Source of the DNA: an uncultured Spirochaetota bacterium
Lineage (GTDB): Bacteria; Spirochaetota; Spirochaetia; SZUA-6; Fen-1364
DNA length: 64,000 nucleotides
Direction of reading: 5' to 3'
Assembly (NCBI GenBank): GCA_963781885.1
Contig: CAWAHW010000002.1
Span: 896,001-960,000, forward strand
Every line of letters begins with the position of its first letter. Position 1 is the stretch's first letter. Below are positions 60,323 through 64,000 of this stretch, in pieces. Below the pieces are notes generated by a model. The model made no database searches, was not told the DNA's origin, and saw only the letters and a list, made by a program, of their open reading frames with translations. Both the position numbers and the translations under genes were made by a program.

Positions 60323-62244
60323 CCTCCGAGATACTGTATATCGGTCTGCTCTGCCTGCACGCCGCGTGCATCATCCCGTTCGCCGTGCGCCTCGTCCGCC
60401 GACGCGGCTTCCGCAAGCTGCCGCTCGATCCGCTTCTTCTCCGCGCGCCCGAGCTTCTCTTTTCGATCACGGCCGTCTTTTTCCTTTTCACGTTCATCTA
60501 TGCAACCAACGCGAATATGGACTACGTCCAGCGATTCATGGCGTCGCACGGCAACCTTCGTCTTGCGCCGAACAGCACGCAGGAGCGCCGGTCGGCTCTC
60601 ATTCGATTTCTCCCCCTTCTGCTCCTGGACGCGGCGTGGTACGTCATCCCGCGTCTCGGAAGGCAGTCGAGGATACGCCCCGCCCTCGGCGTCCAGAGCG
60701 CCGCAGGCGTATGGTCGCTCGGCCTGGCCGTTCTTTCGGGGCTGCTTTCGGCCTTCTCCTTTCCCTCTTTTCTGCGGACGGCGGGTCTTCCGGCGCTCGG
60801 GTGGATAGCACTCGTGCCTCTTTTCCTCGCCCTGAGCGAGGCATCGCTTCCGCTGGGCATCTTCTACGGGACTCTTGCGGGCCTTTTACAGACGATGATT
60901 TCCAACTACTGGCTGGGCACATTCAACCTGCTCACGCTCCAGTTCGTCAGCGTCGTGACGCTCGTGGAATACATCCCCTTCATGGCGCTCGCAATGCTCC
61001 TGCTGCGGCCGGCGGATCGCCTCGGCTTCCTTGTCTTTCCCGCGGCTTGGACGGTCTTCGACTGGGTTCGTTCGATGGGATTCCTCGGCTATCCATGGGG
61101 CATGCCCGGCGCCTCCCAGTACGCGGTCCTGCCGGTGATCCAGATCGCCTCACTGACCGGCGTGTGGGGCGTCACGTTCGTCGTGGTCCTCGCGAACGCG
61201 GCCATCGGCTGGTACCTACATGCCGCCCTGACGAGGGAGAGGCCGGGAGCCGCGGCGGGCGTCACTCTCGCCATCGTGCTCGTCTTTACGCTGGGCTTCG
61301 GCGCCGTACGCGAAACACAGGAGGCGCGCGCGGCACCGGCGCCCCGGTCCGTGCGGCTCGCCCTCATCCAGCAGAACTCCGATCCCCGCAAGGACGACTA
61401 CCGCGCAACGTTCAACACGCTGCGCAGGCTGACCGACCAGTCTTTGCCGTCGAAGCCCGACCTCATCGTCTGGTCGGAAACTGCGTTCGTGCCGAACATC
61501 CGTCGATGGAGCCAGGAGGACCCGAGTATCTACTCCTACGCCGCGCTCGTGCGGGACTTCCTCGCGTACCAGAAATCGGTCGGGCGATGGCTCCTGACGG
61601 GAAATGACGACTACAGCCTCCGCGAGCTGCCGACGGGCGAGGAGCGCCTCGACTACAATGGGACGGTCCTTTTCTCACCCGTTGGCGCGCGGGTGGATAC
61701 CTATCACAAGATCCATCTCGTTCCCTTCACGGAATATTTCCCGTACAAGAAGCAGCTCCCCGGCATCTACAAGCTCTTGCAGAGCTTCGATGCCTATCTC
61801 TGGGAGCCGGGCGACAGGCGGGTCGTATTCCAGACTCCCGGATTCTCCTTCTCCACGCCGATCTGTTTCGAGGACGTTTTTCCCGATGACGTACGGCGAT
61901 TCGTCGCGGAGGGCGCCCAGGTGATCCTGAATCTCTCCAACGACTACTGGTCGCTCACGGACACCGAGGCGATGCAGCATGCCGCGAACGCGGCGTTCCG
62001 CGCGGTGGAAAATGGCCGACCCCTTGCCCGCGCATCGGCGTCGGGCCTCACCTGCCTCATCGCTCCGGACGGCCGCATCCTTGCGCGAAGCCCCTTCTCC
62101 ACGGAGGCGAGCCTCGTCGTGGACGTCCCCCTCCGTCCCGCGGTGGAGACGCTGTACACGCAGTGGGGTGACTGGCTCCCGCCCGTGCTCGGAGCTTTCC
62201 TGCTGATCCTTTTCGTGGGGGGATTCATCTGGCGAAGGCCGTAG
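60319..62244 (+). CDS. lnt: Apolipoprotein N-acyltransferase
   Basis: GYPW, WSET, KIHLVPFTE, ICFED, SNDYW, RAVEN. Confidence 0.92.
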   Translation: MTSEILYIGLLCLHAACIIPFAVRLVRRRGFRKLPLDPLLLRAPELLFSITAVFFLFTFIYATNANMDYVQRFMASHGNLRLAPNSTQERRSALIRFLPLLLLDAAWYVIPRLGRQSRIRPALGVQSAAGVWSLGLAVLSGLLSAFSFPSFLRTAGLPALGWIALVPLFLALSEASLPLGIFYGTLAGLLQTMISNYWLGTFNLLTLQFVSVVTLVEYIPFMALAMLLLRPADRLGFLVFPAAWTVFDWVRSMGFLGYPWGMPGASQYAVLPVIQIASLTGVWGVTFVVVLANAAIGWYLHAALTRERPGAAAGVTLAIVLVFTLGFGAVRETQEARAAPAPRSVRLALIQQNSDPRKDDYRATFNTLRRLTDQSLPSKPDLIVWSETAFVPNIRRWSQEDPSIYSYAALVRDFLAYQKSVGRWLLTGNDDYSLRELPTGEERLDYNGTVLFSPVGARVDTYHKIHLVPFTEYFPYKKQLPGIYKLLQSFDAYLWEPGDRRVVFQTPGFSFSTPICFEDVFPDDVRRFVAEGAQVILNLSNDYWSLTDTEAMQHAANAAFRAVENGRPLARASASGLTCLIAPDGRILARSPFSTEASLVVDVPLRPAVETLYTQWGDWLPPVLGAFLLILFVGGFIWRRP

Positions 62245-62954
62245 CAGCCCGCGTCGCAGAGCTGTATGAGACGCTGCGCGCGGCCTACGGGCAGCAGGGC
62301 TGGTGGCCCATTCCGAGCCTTGCCGGCAGACCAGGTTTCGACGAGCGCGGATACCACCCCGGCATGTACGGTCAGCCGCTTTCTTCCAAGGGCCGGTTCG
62401 AGGTTGCACTCGGGGCGATCCTCACGCAGAACACCGCGTGGACGAACGTGGAGAAAGCGCTCGCGCGCCTGCACGCGGCGGGAATCGGGCTGCCGTCCGA
62501 CATCCGCGCGCTGAGACGTGAGCGGCTTGCGGGCCTGATCCGTCCCGCGGGGTACTACAACCAGAAGGCGCGAAAGCTCGCGGGGATTGCGCGGCTCTTC
62601 GGCACGCCCGGCGCGCTCACCCTGAAAGGGGCACCGACGCGCGAAACCCTTCTCAGGCAGTGGGGCATCGGTCCCGAAACGGCCGACTCGATCCTGCTCT
62701 ATGCGTTCAGAGTGCCGGTCTTCGTCGTCGATGCGTACGCGAGGCGCATTCTGGAAAGGATCGGGCTCATCCCGGGGAGGGCAGGCTATTCCGAGATCCA
62801 GGCGCTTTTCCACGCGGCGCTGCAGCCCGATCACGCCCTGTACAATGAGTTTCACGCGCTTCTTGTGGAGCATGCCAAGCAGCATTGCCGTGCGAGGCCG
62901 GTCTGCGCCGGGTGTCCCGTGAGATCCTGCGGCTACCGCGCCGCCAACCCTTGA
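62229..62954 (+). CDS. Endonuclease III-related HhH-GPD protein
   Basis: YGQQGWWP, GAILTQNTAW, GIGPETAD, VVDAY, C-x5-C-x2-C-x4-C; homology extends upstream of ATG 62364. Confidence 0.85.
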   Translation: MAKAVAARVAELYETLRAAYGQQGWWPIPSLAGRPGFDERGYHPGMYGQPLSSKGRFEVALGAILTQNTAWTNVEKALARLHAAGIGLPSDIRALRRERLAGLIRPAGYYNQKARKLAGIARLFGTPGALTLKGAPTRETLLRQWGIGPETADSILLYAFRVPVFVVDAYARRILERIGLIPGRAGYSEIQALFHAALQPDHALYNEFHALLVEHAKQHCRARPVCAGCPVRSCGYRAANP

Positions 62955-64000
62955 TTGCTCGGAAAAAAACGGCGACACTCCATGCTCAATGGCTCGTAAC
63001 CGGCGGTTCCTGCATCGTCGTCTGCGGACATCTCTGTCTCGACATGATCCCTGGCTTTCGACGTGACACCGCGCGGGACTGGTCGCGCCCGGGACGTCTG
63101 TCGATCGTGGACGCGGCGGTGATCGCCACGGGCGGGGCCGTTTCCAATGTCGGCCTCACGCTGGACAGGCTGGGACTGCCCGTGCGCCTGGTCGCCAAGC
63201 TGGGAAACGATCCACTCGCGCGACTGACGCTGGAAAAGCTCGGCGGCGTATCGGAAAAGACGCGCGGCGTGCGCCCCGTGGAAGGCGAGACAACATCCTA
63301 CAGTTTCGTGCTGAACCCGCCGGGCGTCGACCGGATCTTTCTGCACTGCCCGGGGGCGAACGACACGTTCACGGACGACGACGTCGACGACTCTCACCTG
63401 CGCAATGCGGCCATTTTCCATTTCGGCTACCCGCCGCTCATGAAGCGCATCTATTCCGACGGTGGAGAGTGCCTGGAGCGTCTCCTCACGCGCGCACGCG
63501 CGGCCGGTGCCCTCACGTCGCTGGACATGGCCCTTCCCGATCCCGAAAGCCCTGCCGGCCGCGTGGATTGGGGGGCATATCTCGCGCGGGTCCTCCCGCA
63601 CGTGGATCTTTTCGTTCCCAGCGTGGAAGAGCTTTTTTTCATGACGGACAGGGACGGATTCGCGCGGCTTTCCGCCGATGGAGGCGGGGAGGCGATCATA
63701 CGCGGCGCCGCATTCTCAGAGCTCCGGCGGCTTGCCGACCACGCCATCGACAACGGAGTGCGCGCCGTCCTCATCAAGCTGGGCGACAGGGGGGCATACC
63801 TGCGCACCGGTCCAGCCGGTCTTTCCCACGACGGCGTTCTGGTCACGCCGCGAGCTCTACACGCCCGTCTTCAGCGTGCCTCATGTCGGCGGGACCACGG
63901 GCGCGGGGGATTCGACGATTGCCGGCTTCCTTGCCTCCGTGTTCAAGGGGCTTCCGCCCGAGGAGGCGCTCACCATGGCGGTCGCGGTGGGCGGCTGCTG
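62951..64000 (+). CDS. PfkB family carbohydrate kinase (runs off window; apparent +1 frameshift near 63830)
   Basis: VCGHLCLD, TGGAVSN, HFGYPPL, IKLGDRG, GTTGAGDSTIAGFL; start uncertain. Confidence 0.85.
   Translation, partial: MIARKKTATLHAQWLVTGGSCIVVCGHLCLDMIPGFRRDTARDWSRPGRLSIVDAAVIATGGAVSNVGLTLDRLGLPVRLVAKLGNDPLARLTLEKLGGVSEKTRGVRPVEGETTSYSFVLNPPGVDRIFLHCPGANDTFTDDDVDDSHLRNAAIFHFGYPPLMKRIYSDGGECLERLLTRARAAGALTSLDMALPDPESPAGRVDWGAYLARVLPHVDLFVPSVEELFFMTDRDGFARLSADGGGEAIIRGAAFSELRRLADHAIDNGVRAVLIKLGDRGAYLRTGPAGLSHDGVLVTPRALHARLQRASCRRDHGRGGFDDCRLPCLRVQGASARGGAHHGGRGGRLL

Noticed and set aside
1-64000. CRISPR arrays, tRNA/rRNA genes, transposases, integrases, prophage genes
   Set aside because: None recognised by eye; intergenic spaces are short and no regular repeat-spacer pattern was seen

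Overview
GC-rich bacterial chromosome segment, most likely from a Spirochaetia genome (SpiroCoCo-type coiled-coil protein, eukaryote-type GlyRS, tatD/M23/bactofilin/YaaR/PSP1 block); taxonomy is inferred from gene content only. Mostly housekeeping: grpE-dnaK-dnaJ, buk, rlmB, purFMNDE, dusB, tatD, a Gld-like ABC exporter, gltX-glyQS-tyrS, lnt. No rRNA, tRNA, CRISPR array, transposase or phage gene was recognised. About nine single-base frameshifts look like long-read errors. Top observation: a catabolic cluster (28.7-36.6 kb) of a YheO/DauR-type regulator, a sugar ABC importer, a GH172 (DUF2961) glycosidase, a nucleoside hydrolase and tryptophanase, where the ABC and tnaA promoters share a 39-bp box (32/39 identical) ending in the -35 hexamer, implying one regulon and possibly an undescribed glycosyl-amino-acid pathway. 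A second shared 19-bp palindromic motif sits 6 bp upstream of the -35 of both the purF and gltX promoters. Also notable: a 58-aa zinc-ribbon gene missed by the ORF track, a TPR/beta-barrel/TonB operon, two orphan DNA methyltransferases and a double-SDR fusion. All family calls are from motif recognition by eye, not database searches.
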